The notes beneath the pieces were generated by a model. That model was not told the origin of the DNA. It worked only from the letters and a program-made list of their open reading frames with translations, and did not search any database. The position numbers and the translations under genes are program-made. A stretch of DNA of 64,000 bases. It comes from Podarcis muralis (taxonomy: Eukaryota). Position 1 is the first letter of the stretch. The number at the start of each line of letters is the position of its first letter. The stretch is taken from NCBI RefSeq assembly GCF_964188315.1, contig NC_135661.1:52576001-52640000 (forward strand). The letters are read 5' to 3'. This document shows positions 33,301-45,700 of this stretch, piece after piece.

Positions 33301-36300
33301 GGGCAACAGAGGTAGCATAATTTAAAGACAGTCTCATTCATTCATTCACTTTGTTTGTATGCCACTTTTTCACACAAGAGTCATGCTCAAAGTGGCTTAC
33401 AACAAAGAAACGGATGCATTTTAAACAAACACTACAAAAACAATTTCTTAATAACATAGCATAACATAGCAAAACAGAAATATAAGAACACAGAGAAAAG
33501 CACATTTCAATACACAAATATAGCAAGATTACCTAAACAACATGCAGCATCCAATAGCAAAAACAGCAAGGGAACTTCACAGTTTCATCTTAGTCCTAGA
33601 AACACCCCTCCCTGATGTTACTCCCCAATACTGACCAATCCAAATTGTAAAATGTATGGAGGAGGTCCTGCTGGTGGTACTGCCAATGGGTATGATTCAG
33701 AGTGGTGGTGGCAGTGACCCAGGACCAGGCTTTCTTTGTTGTGACACCATGATTATAGAACACTCTCCCTGTTGAAGAGTGTGTTGTTGTTATTTAGACT
33801 GAAACTGAGGACCATTTTTGGTCACTGTACATGAATGGAAGGTAGGTGTCAGGAGGCAGGTAGTTGCTATGTTTTACATGGTTTGAAATATAATTTTGGT
33901 AATTTTAATTTTGTAATAATTATATTTATGATGTTGTATAACCATCCCAGGCTCCCTCCAGAGGAAGGGTGGAATAGAAATCCAATAAATAATAATAATT
34001 TTACAGTCCCACATAGCAGCACTGTTCACACATTTTTATTACTATTTTAGTTAGCCACCCCACAACCAAAGTTATCTAAAATCCATATAATGGCATCAAG
34101 CATAACAATGCCAATTAATTAAGCACAAACTAGGGAGAGCAAATTGCCCTTTCCTGCAAGTGCAGCTGGATGATAGGCCCAAACAGCAGCACTGCACACT
34201 TTCAGGCTGTGGAAACTGCCAGACATAGGAGTCAGTTCATTATGTAGAAATTAATTAATGCAACATCATTCCATGTGTCTGATGGTAGTCATCTTTATTC
34301 TTTCCAGAGCCTGTGCAGAAGCCTGGGCTAAGGGTGGCCGTGAAGCTGAACAAAGTGAAAGAGAAACATGGGACACAAAAGAAAGGAAGAAGATCCAAGA
34401 CAGTATTGATGCTCTTGCCGCAATCCGGCAAAAAGCTGAAGAGAAGAAAAGGCAGTGGGAAAGAGAAGAAAGAGATAGAACATCACCTGACAGTGAAGAA
34501 GGTTTGTGTTTAAACTTTTGAGCAGAACAGAGCCTGGGACTTGCCGATCAGGTCGGCGGTTCGGATCCCCGCGACGGGGTGAGCTCCTGTTGCTTGGTCC
34601 CTGCTCCTGCCAACCTAGCAGTTCGAAAGCACGTCAAAGTGCAAGTAGATAAATAGGTACCGCTCCAGCGGGAAGGTAAACGGCGTTTCCGTGCACTGCT
34701 CTGGTTCGCCTGAAGCGGCTTAGTCATGCTGGCCACATGACCCGGAAGCTGTATGCCGGCTCCCTCGGCCAATAAAGCGAGATGAGCGCTGCAACCCCAG
34801 AGTGGGTCACGACTGGACCTAATGGTCAGGGGTCCCTTTACCTTTACTGTGCCACCATAGCCCTTTTGAGCATCCAGCTTCACACACTTCCAATTCGGGG
34901 GGGGGGGTAGGGTTAGGGGCAGAAGCACACTTGCTGAACTTGTCCCCTCTTTATGCCCCAGTTACTTACTACCTTCCATGCAGTCAAGGATGAACTTCCC
35001 AGAAGAGGAAAACCTTCATATCCTTTTGGAAGAAAACCAATAAATGGACTAAAGTGACATTGCTCAGCAAAAACCCAAGGATTAGTATGACTTGCATGCA
35101 CGCTTATTCTCTTTTTGTTTTGGGGCTGTTCTAGAGGAAATGCCATCTTCAAGCAGCAGCACTGAGACAGACAGTACAGGAAAGGACTCGTGTACTTTGG
35201 AAGTGTTGGAAACAAAGGAAAAGATTGATAAATTTGTGAAGGACAGCATGGATGCCCACAAGGAGGCTGTGGCTGAAGGAGCAATCTTAGGAGATCAGTC
35301 AGGAAGACCAGAGAGTGGTCATAGAGGTCATCATGAACAAGAAGTACAAGAATCGAGATTTGACATGCATTCAGATTTTACATGCACTGCAGAAGGTATG
35401 TAAGCATCTATTTAGTTGCTAGTGCATCTTTTATCCTGGAAATCAAGGTGGCCTTTATGGGGACTCCCAGACACTCTCCCATCCAGATACTGACCAACCA
35501 CAAACCTACTTAGCTTCAGCAAGGTGGCTGCATCATGTGTCCTCAGACCATGCACTAGCAATACTAGTTGAAACACCATCCATATTTTGGTTGTAGAGTT
35601 GGCTGGGGAAAAGGTTCATCCATTTCATTTCACCAGGGCTCTGAAGGTGGGGTTTGTTTAGTTAGGAAAGCTTATCCACATATATAGGTAACATTCTATA
35701 GGGAGGCTGCAAAAATGCTTGCATATTGCAGCATTCCACAAGAGGGACAATATTTTGTGAGCAACTTTCTACATAGTTTTGTCCAATTGCCTAGCAGATC
35801 TTCACGTCAGTTCTGAAGAGTCCCAGGAATGTGCAGCACTCATGTAGAAACTGCCTCTGCAATTAAGATTTTGTGCAAAGTCAGTCATATAGGTTGCAGT
35901 GGGGCACCAGGGCCCTGCGGCGATGTGACATCTTTCCGCAGGGCCTGCAAGACAGAGCTGTTCCGCCTGGCCTTTGGCTTGGACTCAGTCTGACCCCTTA
36001 TATGGGATTTGGTATATAAATTTTCCCTTGTCTTTTTTGCTGGCCCATGTAGGACCAGCATGGATAGCTGGCTCAGGTGAATATCTGATGTTTCCTCTCT
36101 TTATGGTCTTGATTTATGGGCTACTACTAGAATGAGGCTGCATTTTAACCTGTATTTTAAGCTGTATTTTAATTAACTTTTTTTCTATTACATTTTATTG
36201 TAATTTATATTTGGTGTTAGCTGCCCTGAGCCCAGCCCTGGCCAGGGAGGGCTGGGTATAAATGAAAATTTATTACAGTGGTACCTCGGGTTAAGTACTT

Positions 36301-39300
36301 AATTCGTTCTGGAGGTCCGTTCTTAACCTGAAACTGTTCTTAACCTGAAGCACCACTTTAGCTAATGGGGCCTCCTGCTGCCACCGTGCCGCCGGAGCCC
36401 AATTTCTGTTCTTATCCTGAAGCAAAGTTCTTAACCTGAAGCACTATTTTTGGGTTAGCAGAGTGTGTAACCTGAAGCGTATGTAACCTGAAGCATATGT
36501 AACCCGAGGTACCACTGTATTATTATTATTGTTATTCAGTGACAGAACAATTTTTTGACAGCCTTTTACTAGGGACAGAGCATAATGCAAAAGAGAGCCC
36601 AGTATAACCTTCCCATTTCTATATTTTTATACCTAGATCTGTTAAGCATTTTGTCTCTTCCTTTTTTTTAGAGATGCCAGTAGATAAGATGACTACACCT
36701 GGACCTTTGCTCACTGAACTTGCTGACCCTGCAGAGATAGAACAAATTAAGTTGGATGTACCAGAGAAACTTTTTATTGATGTATGTATTAACTGAGGGA
36801 AGAAAGGGTGGGTTATGGCCAAGATGAAGCATCTCAGAAATGGGCTTTGTATTTCCACAAACTCCTAAATTTTGTATTTTAAAAATTACTTCCTTCAGTA
36901 AACTCCAGGATAACTTTTATTTTTAGGAGCTACCTGATTTGGAAGATGTAGATTTGGAAGTCTCACCAGGAGAGATCTTCACTAGAAAGGTGAGTTATTC
37001 TAATAGTACAGTGCTTTCTTAATCCTGTGTTTTTACAGTTAATTTAGGTATATTCCTAACAGAGCTACAGACTTTTCTGAAGATCAGGAAACTCTAGAGA
37101 TATTTAATATCAGCCAATGTGTCACTCTAAAATTCTTTAGCTGATGCCACAGAGTACCTCAAGCACATATGCACAGGCATGTGTGTTCAGAACAAGTTGA
37201 AGTGTGCAGATAAAATACATGGTTGTACAGTACTACTTCAAAATGTATGTAGGAGGTGTAGCAATGATGATGGATGATGGGAGTTATACTTTAGCATCAT
37301 CTGGAGGGTCAAAGGTTCACCACACTTACACTAGGTGCTCAGTTGCCAGCCCCACTTTCTGCAGAGATGAGCTCCACTCAGGAGCTCCAACCAGGCGCTC
37401 CTGAGTGGAACCAGGTTTATATTTGGTGACCAATGCAAAATGCACTGAATGCAAGCTCCACTGCTGAGGAAGCATCAGCAGCACAGCTTAAGGTTCTCAC
37501 ATGTTGCTTTATAGCCATGACTTTACTGACATCAGATGTGGGAGAGCTAGGCATCAGTGGAAAAACTTCCTCATGGGCCAAATTAGAACCACTGGCAGAC
37601 TAATTTGGCCTGTGAGCCAGAGTTTCCATCCCCATCACCACTGTTGAGGAGTTAAACTTTCAGTGTGCTTTGGAAAGCAACATCCCTTAGAATAGTATGA
37701 GGGTAGAGACTATCAAGACTAGACTGGGGAAAATGTATGGGGTGCCTCAGGGTCAATTTTTTATGGTAGCCCAAATCTCAGTTGTACGGGTGTATGTATA
37801 TATCTCAATTTTAACTCATGAGCTATTGCTGCAATCTGCTCCGATTGTATATTTTATCTTTATGAACGCTGTTTTTATTGTGTTAATGTTACGTGAGCTG
37901 GTATTACTTTGACCGTAATAAATTATCTATAATGTATGCCAATACAGACATTTTCAAGCTAGTTGGGTTTTTTTACCTTTATAGCCAAGTTCTCCAAAGA
38001 TTGAAGTGATTTCTGAAGCAAGTGATGACAGAGACTGCATAGTTGAAAGAAATACAGACACTTCTAGGAATATAGAGACAGAAGAGATCCCAATCTCTAT
38101 CTTTTCAAACACATGTAAGATACCCGAAGTCTGTCCAAAGGAAGCCATAGAACCCATTGTAACAGACCTTCTAACACAACAAGAGGAAGTATTGGAAGCC
38201 AAAGTACAACCAGCAAAACCCTTGATCGAAGAGATTCCAGGACCTTTGAAACCATTAACAGATGATGAAGCAGATGAATTAATCCCAGACATTGTGGAAA
38301 ATGGAGAGAACCACATTGCATCTTCTTGCACAGGTAAATTCACATAGACATGATTTTGGGTCCACCTGCTGGGGTTTTTTTAAGCCACCTGTTCATTTTT
38401 TAATAACAGGACAAAGCACCATCAGTATATGTGCCTTATAGCTACAACAACTAGGCTCTAGTCCAACTATGTGCTATTAAAGAAAACAGTTAATGTTTTC
38501 ATCTCTTTCCAGGTCCACACATAGTTAATGTGGCTGGCTTATAATTACAGAATGCTTACACCTAAAGCCTAACTTTATTTATTTATTTTTAAAGTAACTC
38601 ATTTATTTCAGTGGTGCTATACTTGAAGTGATACTTGGGGTCTAATTTCAATGAGCTTCTATGGGTGTAGAGGTGTGTATCTTTCCCTTAAGAGATGTCC
38701 ATATATAGACATCACATTTACATAGGGGTTGTGCATAGAAGAGCTGAATATGTCTCGATCTGATACACATAAAGCTTCACCACATAATGACTACCACAAT
38801 TATGGATTCTGTAGGCCCTGTGCAAGCATGAACTTTATGAGTGTAGGCTTCACGCAAACATGGATTTTTGTTTGGGTTTGCTTGGTTTCATGATGAATTG
38901 TTATTATTTTCTTTTTGGTATGGTTCATTTTTATGTTCACCACTTAGAAATTCTAATTGTTAAGCAGTGTATAGATGCTTAAGTAAATAAATATTATAGC
39001 CAATTGGTTGCCATTAGCAAATCTGGACAGGGGATGGACATGCGCAGTGGGTAAATGAGGGACATAATTCCACATATAGAAGTTAGTCTAAACTGAACCC
39101 AGAATCTGAGCCTATGGAAGTCTTGATACAGCAAAAATCCTCCTATGACTGGTAGGTATTGCAGAGGTACTTCCTTGAGCATAGAATTCACACACTGGTA
39201 ACTGGTGAGACCCTACCATTGCTGTCCTAGCTGCACTGATCCCATTGGATCATTTGGGCTTGCCTGACACCTGCAAGTCCTGCATCTGGAAGGGTGTTTT

Positions 39301-39878
39301 AAACAGTGTTTTTGCACAAGGTAATTGAGCATTTCCCCTAGTGCTTTAGCTTCTCAAATGTAAACATCCAGAGATTGATTATTATTTTTTGCTGCTTGAG
39401 ATATGAAGTCTTCACTCATTTTTTAAGAAATGAAGTTCACAGACACTAATAATAGTTAAGAGCTTTGAGAAAAGGGGCTGTGGATAAGAAATAGTGATTG
39501 GCTTAAAGCCATCTTGTGGGTCTGTGGTTGAAGAGAGATTTGACCTGGGGCCTTCCTGGCTCATAGCTCACACTTTTAAGCCTTCACTGCCCTGATAATC
39601 CAAATGGTAAAGGGTTTCTTATTGCGCCCAGTGCTTTCTCTGCTGGGGACAACTCGAGGAATGAACTGCAGTGACTACTGAGTGGTCCAGTTTAGACCAA
39701 ATCTCAGCTGCCACTCCTGTCTTTGGAGTAGCTTCTGGCCTAATAACTGGTCCTTCTCTTCAGGAAGGTATTTGGGGGGAGTATAGTTCCTATGTCCAGA
39801 AACTAACTGAAATTTCACCTCTTAACAGGGAATATCTCTGAAGAAGATACAGAGCAGCATACTCCTGAAAATAAATGA
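27176..39878 (+). CDS. DNAAF1: Dynein axonemal assembly factor 1 (LRRC50/ODA7), about 661 aa; join(27176-27302,27959-28063,28829-28952,29615-29706,30857-31078,32223-32389,32942-33063,34308-34501,35135-35395,36672-36781,36927-36989,37985-38333,39829-39878)
   Basis: MHPL...[51 protein letters not shown]...LNLSNNY...[30 protein letters not shown]...ELPDLED...PKIEVIS. LRR core certain; N-terminal exons 2-3 and the last exon are inferred from frame and splice sites; joined length 1986 nt is in frame. Confidence 0.93.
27959..28063 (+). CDS. DNAAF1: DNAAF1 putative extra symmetric (phase 1-1) exon
   Basis: TTTTAG|AA CTA CAG...GAA CCA G|GTAAAT; 105 nt open: [35 protein letters not shown]. Confidence 0.6.
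28829..28952 (+). CDS. DNAAF1: DNAAF1 coding exon
   Basis: [11 protein letters not shown]...QGGLR; phase-2 donor AG|GTAATT matches the next exon; acceptor is weak (CCAAG). Confidence 0.65.
29615..29706 (+). CDS. DNAAF1: DNAAF1 coding exon
   Basis: [31 protein letters not shown]. Confidence 0.96.
30857..31078 (+). CDS. DNAAF1: DNAAF1 coding exon (LRRs)
   Basis: [22 protein letters not shown]...[14 protein letters not shown]. Confidence 0.97.
32223..32389 (+). CDS. DNAAF1: DNAAF1 coding exon (LRRs)
   Basis: [16 protein letters not shown]...[23 protein letters not shown]. Confidence 0.97.
32942..33063 (+). CDS. DNAAF1: DNAAF1 coding exon (LRR cap)
   Basis: [41 protein letters not shown]. Confidence 0.97.
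34308..34501 (+). CDS. DNAAF1: DNAAF1 coding exon (coiled coil)
   Basis: [49 protein letters not shown]... Confidence 0.93.
34529..34847 (+). mobile_element. Sauria SINE, subfamily A, 5'-truncated
   Basis: Starts at AGAGCCTGGGACTTGCCGATC; about 27 nt downstream of a DNAAF1 donor. Confidence 0.88.
35135..35395 (+). CDS. DNAAF1: DNAAF1 coding exon
   Basis: EMPSSSSS...[14 protein letters not shown]...TAE; AG/GT boundaries, phase 1-1. Confidence 0.85.
35938..36262 (+). mobile_element. L2-like LINE 3' end
   Basis: GCAAGACAGAGCTGTTCCGCCTGGCCTTT...TGTTAGCTGCCCTGAGCCC...GGGTATAAAT. Confidence 0.5.
36276..36517. mobile_element. pogo/Tigger-like MITE (TAACCTGAAG-repeat family)
   Basis: TIR CAGTGGTACCTCGGGTTA / TAACCCGAGGTACCACTG, TA TSD; sister copy at 54120. 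Confidence 0.9.
36672..36781 (+). CDS. DNAAF1: DNAAF1 coding exon
   Basis: [36 protein letters not shown]. Confidence 0.88.
36927..36989 (+). CDS. DNAAF1: DNAAF1 coding exon
   Basis: [21 protein letters not shown]; TTTTAG| and |GTGAGT. Confidence 0.9.
37985..38333 (+). CDS. DNAAF1: DNAAF1 coding exon
   Basis: [15 protein letters not shown]...KPLIEEIPG...SSCT. Confidence 0.9.
39829..39878 (+). CDS. DNAAF1: DNAAF1 putative last coding exon
   Basis: CACCTCTTAACAG|GG AAT ATC...AAA TGA ([16 protein letters not shown]); AATAAA at 39870-39875; no recognisable homology. Confidence 0.55.
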
Positions 39879-42597
39879 AGACGTGTTGTATGAATTTATA
39901 AAATAGAAGCCAAGATATTTCCCATTGTTCATTAGCATTACTGCATCACAGCGAGTGCTGTAACCCTAACATTAGTCACAAATGTTTTCTGTGACACTAC
40001 TTGCAGGCAAGCAATCCTGGCAAGCAAAAGTCCAGTCTCTCTTCCATAGTTGTGCCTTACTTTTACCACACTGCTGTGATCAATGGCAGAGCAGGCAGTG
40101 CCATGGTGCAAAAGGGGGTCTTATGCATTGGTCTTTCCAGGTGCTAAGCAACACGAGCTCACCCACGGTATGCATCTGTGAAAGTTCAATGCCACCAAGT
40201 TGGGTAACCAACATTTAAAGTATGAATTCAGTTTTCGGTCTATTTTCTTTCATCTGTTGAGAAAAGGTTGTTTAATCAGTAGCATCCAGCAAAAATGAAG
40301 ATCATTTAAGTCTCATTTATTTTGGTGAGAGTTGAGCGCATGCTTAACTTTCTCCCCCTGAAATCACACATGCTTCACTTTTGTTGGATTCCGCTCTGAG
40401 TTTGTAGAAAGTCTTTGCCATTGTTTTGCTTATTTTGCTTACACGTTTACTTTTATTTGTAATTCAGTCTGAGTAAATGATTTTGTTCTCAGCTTCTTGC
40501 ATCGTTTGTTATCCGACTTGTGGTGGGGCATATTGAACACCCATGACATCAGCATAGACAGAGAAACCCAACAAGCTAGCCTTCACAGAAAGGCACCAGA
40601 GGTTTTCACTCAACCCTCTTCAAAGCATCCACTCTCAATCTCCAGAACTTTTGGCTAGAGTCCACCTTCCTACAAAAGCTTCCACATTTAGTGCCCTAGT
40701 CCCATCCCCACAAAGCATCACAGCTTCTTTTGTTCATTAGGAGAGTGACGTTTGCTCCTGGCCAGGTCACCATCTTAATTTGGGGGCTCATGATCCTGAT
40801 ACGGCTACAAATATTATTTGTGGTATACAAGGCGGCCATTCCCAAAGTGCGATCACTTTGCAGACAGGTAGTGTTGCAAGGTCTTTATAGGCCCTATGGC
40901 TGCTGTGGTCACAGGCTGAAGGACTATCTGGTTGAACATTGCTTGTAAATTATAATTTGGCAGATGCTTAATGAATGGAATACTTTACAATTGTTTCTGC
41001 TTATATGCATCTTTGCAAATCAAAACAAATGCTAGTAGCATGTGTAAAAGTATAAGTATCACCACCCTGATCTCCTATGTATATATAATTATAAAAGCAC
41101 ACAGAGTTATGACTGGATGGTTGATGGCTTCTAACAGAATGCAAGTGAGACATGCAATCCCTCCCCCTATAATACAAATGCATTAACTGCTATAAAGATT
41201 TTTAAAGTTTAACCCATGGTGACAATGTTAAGGTGAAGCAACACAAAAACAACCCACCGCCCCCAACACTGAGTGGGCCTAAACTACCTCACAGGGGTAA
41301 ATAAAACAGAGTAATCCCATAGATACCTCCAAGTTCCCTGGAGGAAAGGCAAGATTACAGTATGGGAAAATAGGGAGGCAAGTCTGTTTATCTAATATAG
41401 GGTGCTATTGATATTAATACACAGAGAAATGAATCCAAGGAAAATAAAAAGGCTATGAAAGCAGAACTTTATGAGGACAGAAGAAAACCTCTTTAATTAG
41501 CATACCTTGTAAAACTTTACAAATGTACAGCATAGTGCAAAATTGCAGGTTCAGCACATCAACTTCAAGTATAAAATAAAATAAGCATAAAATAAAATAA
41601 GCATAAAATAGCCAAGAAAACCAATCACACACACCACCTTTCAAGAAAAATTCCTTGAAGTAGAGATAATTCTATTCCCCTTGATTTTCACTTTCTGAAG
41701 AAAACTAGATAAGAGGGGTATGCACTCTAGTGAATCACTTTATAATCAGAAAAGGGTTGGGATGGGAGCTAATTTGTTTCTCAGTCAATATCATTTTTTA
41801 AAATGCTGCACCTGTATCATTGCAAGTGGTGTCTTAAGAGAGCAACAAAAATGTATAAAACACTAGATTCTATAAAAATTACAGATTGCTACTAAACAGA
41901 TTGTGATAAAGCTGCAAAGGGAAGAAAATCATCTTGTCTACTCTTCAGAAATAATAAATTAGCACAGTCCTTTTGTGTGAACGAGTAAGACATGCAGCTG
42001 GCTCCAAGCTAGATTTGGCATTTGTCAAGCTGGTCCTGATGATGTCAAGGTTTGGCACAACAGTCAATATAGCACTATATGCTGATGTAACCAGAATGGG
42101 GAATTAGGCACAAATTAGAGATGACCTTTCAGGCTCCAATAATAAAACAGGAGAGATGAGACAATGACGAGGACGGTCCCTGTGAGATCATGGGACACAG
42201 ACTGAACATGGGAAGATACGTACCTTTTTATTGAGGTCTAAGATTTCTCATGAGAAAAAACTGGACACAGAGCATTGGACAGGACCAAAGCGGTGTGTAG
42301 GGATCACCTCCTCACTGATTGTCAGTAGCAGTTCAGAAATAAAAGCTTCATTTGTAGCATGATGGGAGTTTCAAAAACAGACAGATAATCCCTTTGACAG
42401 CTAACTGTCACTCACAACCTTTGACAGAGAAACAAAAATGACTGCATCACATTTGTGTATCTGTTATGAGTGACTGACTTCCACTTCTTTACGTTCAGGC
42501 TGCTAGATGTCCCCCCCCCCCCCCGGGGGGGGGAGGAGGGAAAACATAAATAGTTTAAGCTAAGCAAAAGAAAACTCATCATTCTCATTCCGGGAGA

Positions 42598-42761
42598 TCA
42601 GGTTCGATGGGATGTAACTGAGATGGGGATTTTAAAGTCCACAGCAGGAAAGAAGGAAGGTGCTGTTCTAGACCCAGTATGAAAAGATGAACTGTTTGGT
42701 ACATTCATAGTGTTGCTCTTCCAAAAGTGCAGACAGATGCTTTCCAGAATGACGTCTCTCC
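42598..42761 (-). CDS. HSF4: HSF4 putative last coding exon
   Basis: Strong acceptor CTATTTGTGTTCTTAG|; GRDVILES...GSRTAPSF...SHRT*. Confidence 0.6.
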
Positions 42762-45700
42762 CTAAGAACACAAATAGAAAATAGAGAATATTTCTACCAG
42801 TGTATTAGTTAACATGAATTGGCAGAGATCTAAACAAAATGTGACATAACATCTACTCTCTCAGAGGAGAGGATGAACAATGAATAAGACAGTGGTCCAT
42901 GTGATAGGTGTCTGATACCAAGCAACCTAGCCAATGTTTTTATTTAGGTTATTGGATTGCTAAATCTTCAAATTTTAGAAGCCAGGTTAGACTGTAACAA
43001 CATACCGCAACTCACTCTAATGCAGTGTTTTTCAACCCTGTTTCTGTGGAACCTCGGGGTTTCACAGTCCTCTAGAAGCTCTGCAAAATTTTACAATGTC
43101 CTACCTCAGGCACTATATGTTCCCCTCTTGTGCCAGTCACACACACACACACACACACACCGCCCATGACCATGAATCACGGAAAGTCACCTAACTCACC
43201 AAGTCTCATATGGAAAGGTCAATTCTGATTTTTTTTTAATTAACAATATACATTTATGAATATTCTTGATTTCTTAACTCCCCAGTGACATTGAATACTT
43301 GTTTGCAACTGACTAAAATTTATAACAACATCTTTGCTTCCCATACGACATCAAGCCAAGATTAGTGGAAATTAAGGGCTGGTTTCACATTCCCAGGGAC
43401 ATGGGTGGCGCTGTGGGTAAAACCTCAGCGCCTAGGACTTGCCGATCGTATGGTCGGCGGTTCGAATCCCCGCGGCGGGGTGAGCTCCCGTCGTTCAGTC
43501 CCAGCTCCTGCCCACCTAGCAGTTCGAAAGCACTCTTAAGTGCAAGTAGATAAATAGGTACCGCTTTATAGCAGGAAGGTAAACGGCGTTTCCGTGTGCT
43601 GCACTGGTGCAGGCTCGCCAGAGCAGCTTCGTCACACTGGCCACGTGACCCGGAAGTGTCTCCGGACAGCGCTGGCCCCCGGCCTCTTAAGCAAGATGGG
43701 CGCGCAACCCCAGAGTCGGTCACGACTGGCCCGTACGGGCAGGGGTACCTTTACCTTTACCTTTACCTTTACTTCACATTCCCAGTTACCATGCATTCAC
43801 AGCATTCACAGTGCTGAGCTTTTAATCCATGTTCACAAAACATTATCCAAAATGCACATTTATCCTGTAAGGTAAAGGTAAAGGTACCCCTGCCCGTACG
43901 GGCCAGTCTTGACAGACTCTAGGGTTGTGCGCTCATCTCACTCTAGAGGCCGGGAGCCAGCGCTGTCCGCAGACACTTCCGGGTCACGTGGCCAGCGTGA
44001 CGAAGCTACTCTGGCAAGCCAGAGCCGCACACGGAAACGGCGTTTACCTTCCCGCTGGTAAGCGGTCCCTATTTATCTACTTGCACCCGGGGGTGCTTTT
44101 GAACTGCTAGGTTGGCAGGCGCTGGGACCGAGCAACGGGAGCGCACCCCGCCGTGGGGATTCGAACCGCCGACCATACGTTCGGCAAGTCCTAGGCGCTG
44201 AGGTTTTACCCACAGCGCCACCCGCGTCCCTTTATCCTGTACTTTGTTATAAAAGACTACTGCTGGATGTATTGTTCCACAAACCATTTCTAATGCAACT
44301 CCAGTCAAGGGGTGAACACTTTTGCAGGGGTGAAGACATCCCTGACCTGGCAAGGGTCCAAGGTGCGCACACAAGCAGAAACGAATCTGACACTAAGGCA
44401 GGTTGATGTGAACTGCTGTGGCAAAATGCTGTGAAATGCACCAATAAAACAACACTGAGCTATGTGAACACACCCTAAGATTAAATGCTTCTGGAGTCCT
44501 GGCTATGCAAGTGTTATGTGCAAACACAGTCAGTTATGGAGATGGTACTTGCATTGCTGAAAATTGCACAGGAGGTAGAAGGTAGCACAGGAGGCCAAAT
44601 GAAAAAGCCAAAAGTTCATTCTCTCTGAAATGTCACAACTTGCTGAATTGCTTGCAAAGAGCTCTTAATTAGGGATGCTTCTGCCAGCAAAATCAGCCTC
44701 TGTATGGTAGACTGTCACTTCTCTGTGTGGAAGGTTAGCTATGAGCAGTACCTGAGCAAGAGGCATTAATTTGGGGATTTAACACTCGGGAGGACCTCTT
44801 ATTTGCATTCTTCTCCAGATCCACCATTGGCATCTGTGTCCTGATGCAAAAACACAAACTACAACAATGCACAATTATACAAAGGCAGGAAGAGAGGGGT
44901 GCTGTAACAGAGAAACCAATCAAGCAGTAACATTGCATCTGCTGTCCTGGAAATAGCTGTGCTAGGTAGGCAACTATCATCACTAAATGCAGAGAGAGGC
45001 TGTCTAAGGCCCAAAGCAGCTGTGTCTGGGCACGTGGCTACTATGTTCATGCTATTTTCACTAATATCTTTTGTACATATTACTTGGCTGGTGAACAGCA
45101 TTGCAAAATTCAGAGGAGTGCATTTATGGAAGGATGACTGGGGTTTGGGTTGCAAATTGTTCAATCTTGTGCAAGTTTGGTGGATTCACCTTTAAATGCA
45201 AACTAAATCAAATTTCTCCATCATCCTTAGGCAAATTTTGGGCTCCTAGGCAAAAGCCAACCCAGCCTTCTAGTAAACATATCCCACACCCAAAAGTACT
45301 TAGAGATTCACACTACTCACCTTAGAACATGGACATAGCCAGGATTTATATTGGGGGGCAGGCTTTATGTTAGGGGGGGGAAGAACCTCAGCTAGGTATT
45401 TTGTATTGATTAACTTGATGGGGGGGGTGACTGCCCTTCCCCACACACTCCCTTGGCTATGCCCAGGCCCTAGAAATTTTCCCCTCCCCACTTTTCATGG
45501 GAATGAAGGCCAGGCGAACATCTGTGTGTTTCTGTTTGTATTGTGTGGAAGGACTTTGTCCGGCCCTATCTCAGAGTCTCCTGCAAGTTCCTCCCAGTTC
45601 AATGCCACAGGTGTTTGGTGGTGTTCAGATGCCACCCCCACCCGTCTCCCATCCTGCACATGCATGTCTTACCGAGGACAAATTGGCCTCCACATCATTC

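Noticed and set aside
34548-34928. Recurring ORFs containing 'PGHVASMTK...ANQSSA' (also at 7491, 22396, 25845, 43925, 46240, 56313)
   Set aside because: Chance frames within Sauria SINE copies, not a gene family
40493-40658. Possible alternative DNAAF1 terminal exon after TTGTTCTCAG|
   Set aside because: The phase-1 frame stops after about 14 codons; the longer open frame needs a different phase; no homology support
39900-42500. Search for TAF1C or a TAF1C remnant
   Set aside because: No TAF1C-like peptide recognised in any frame; the region holds LINE-like fragments and probable 3'UTRs
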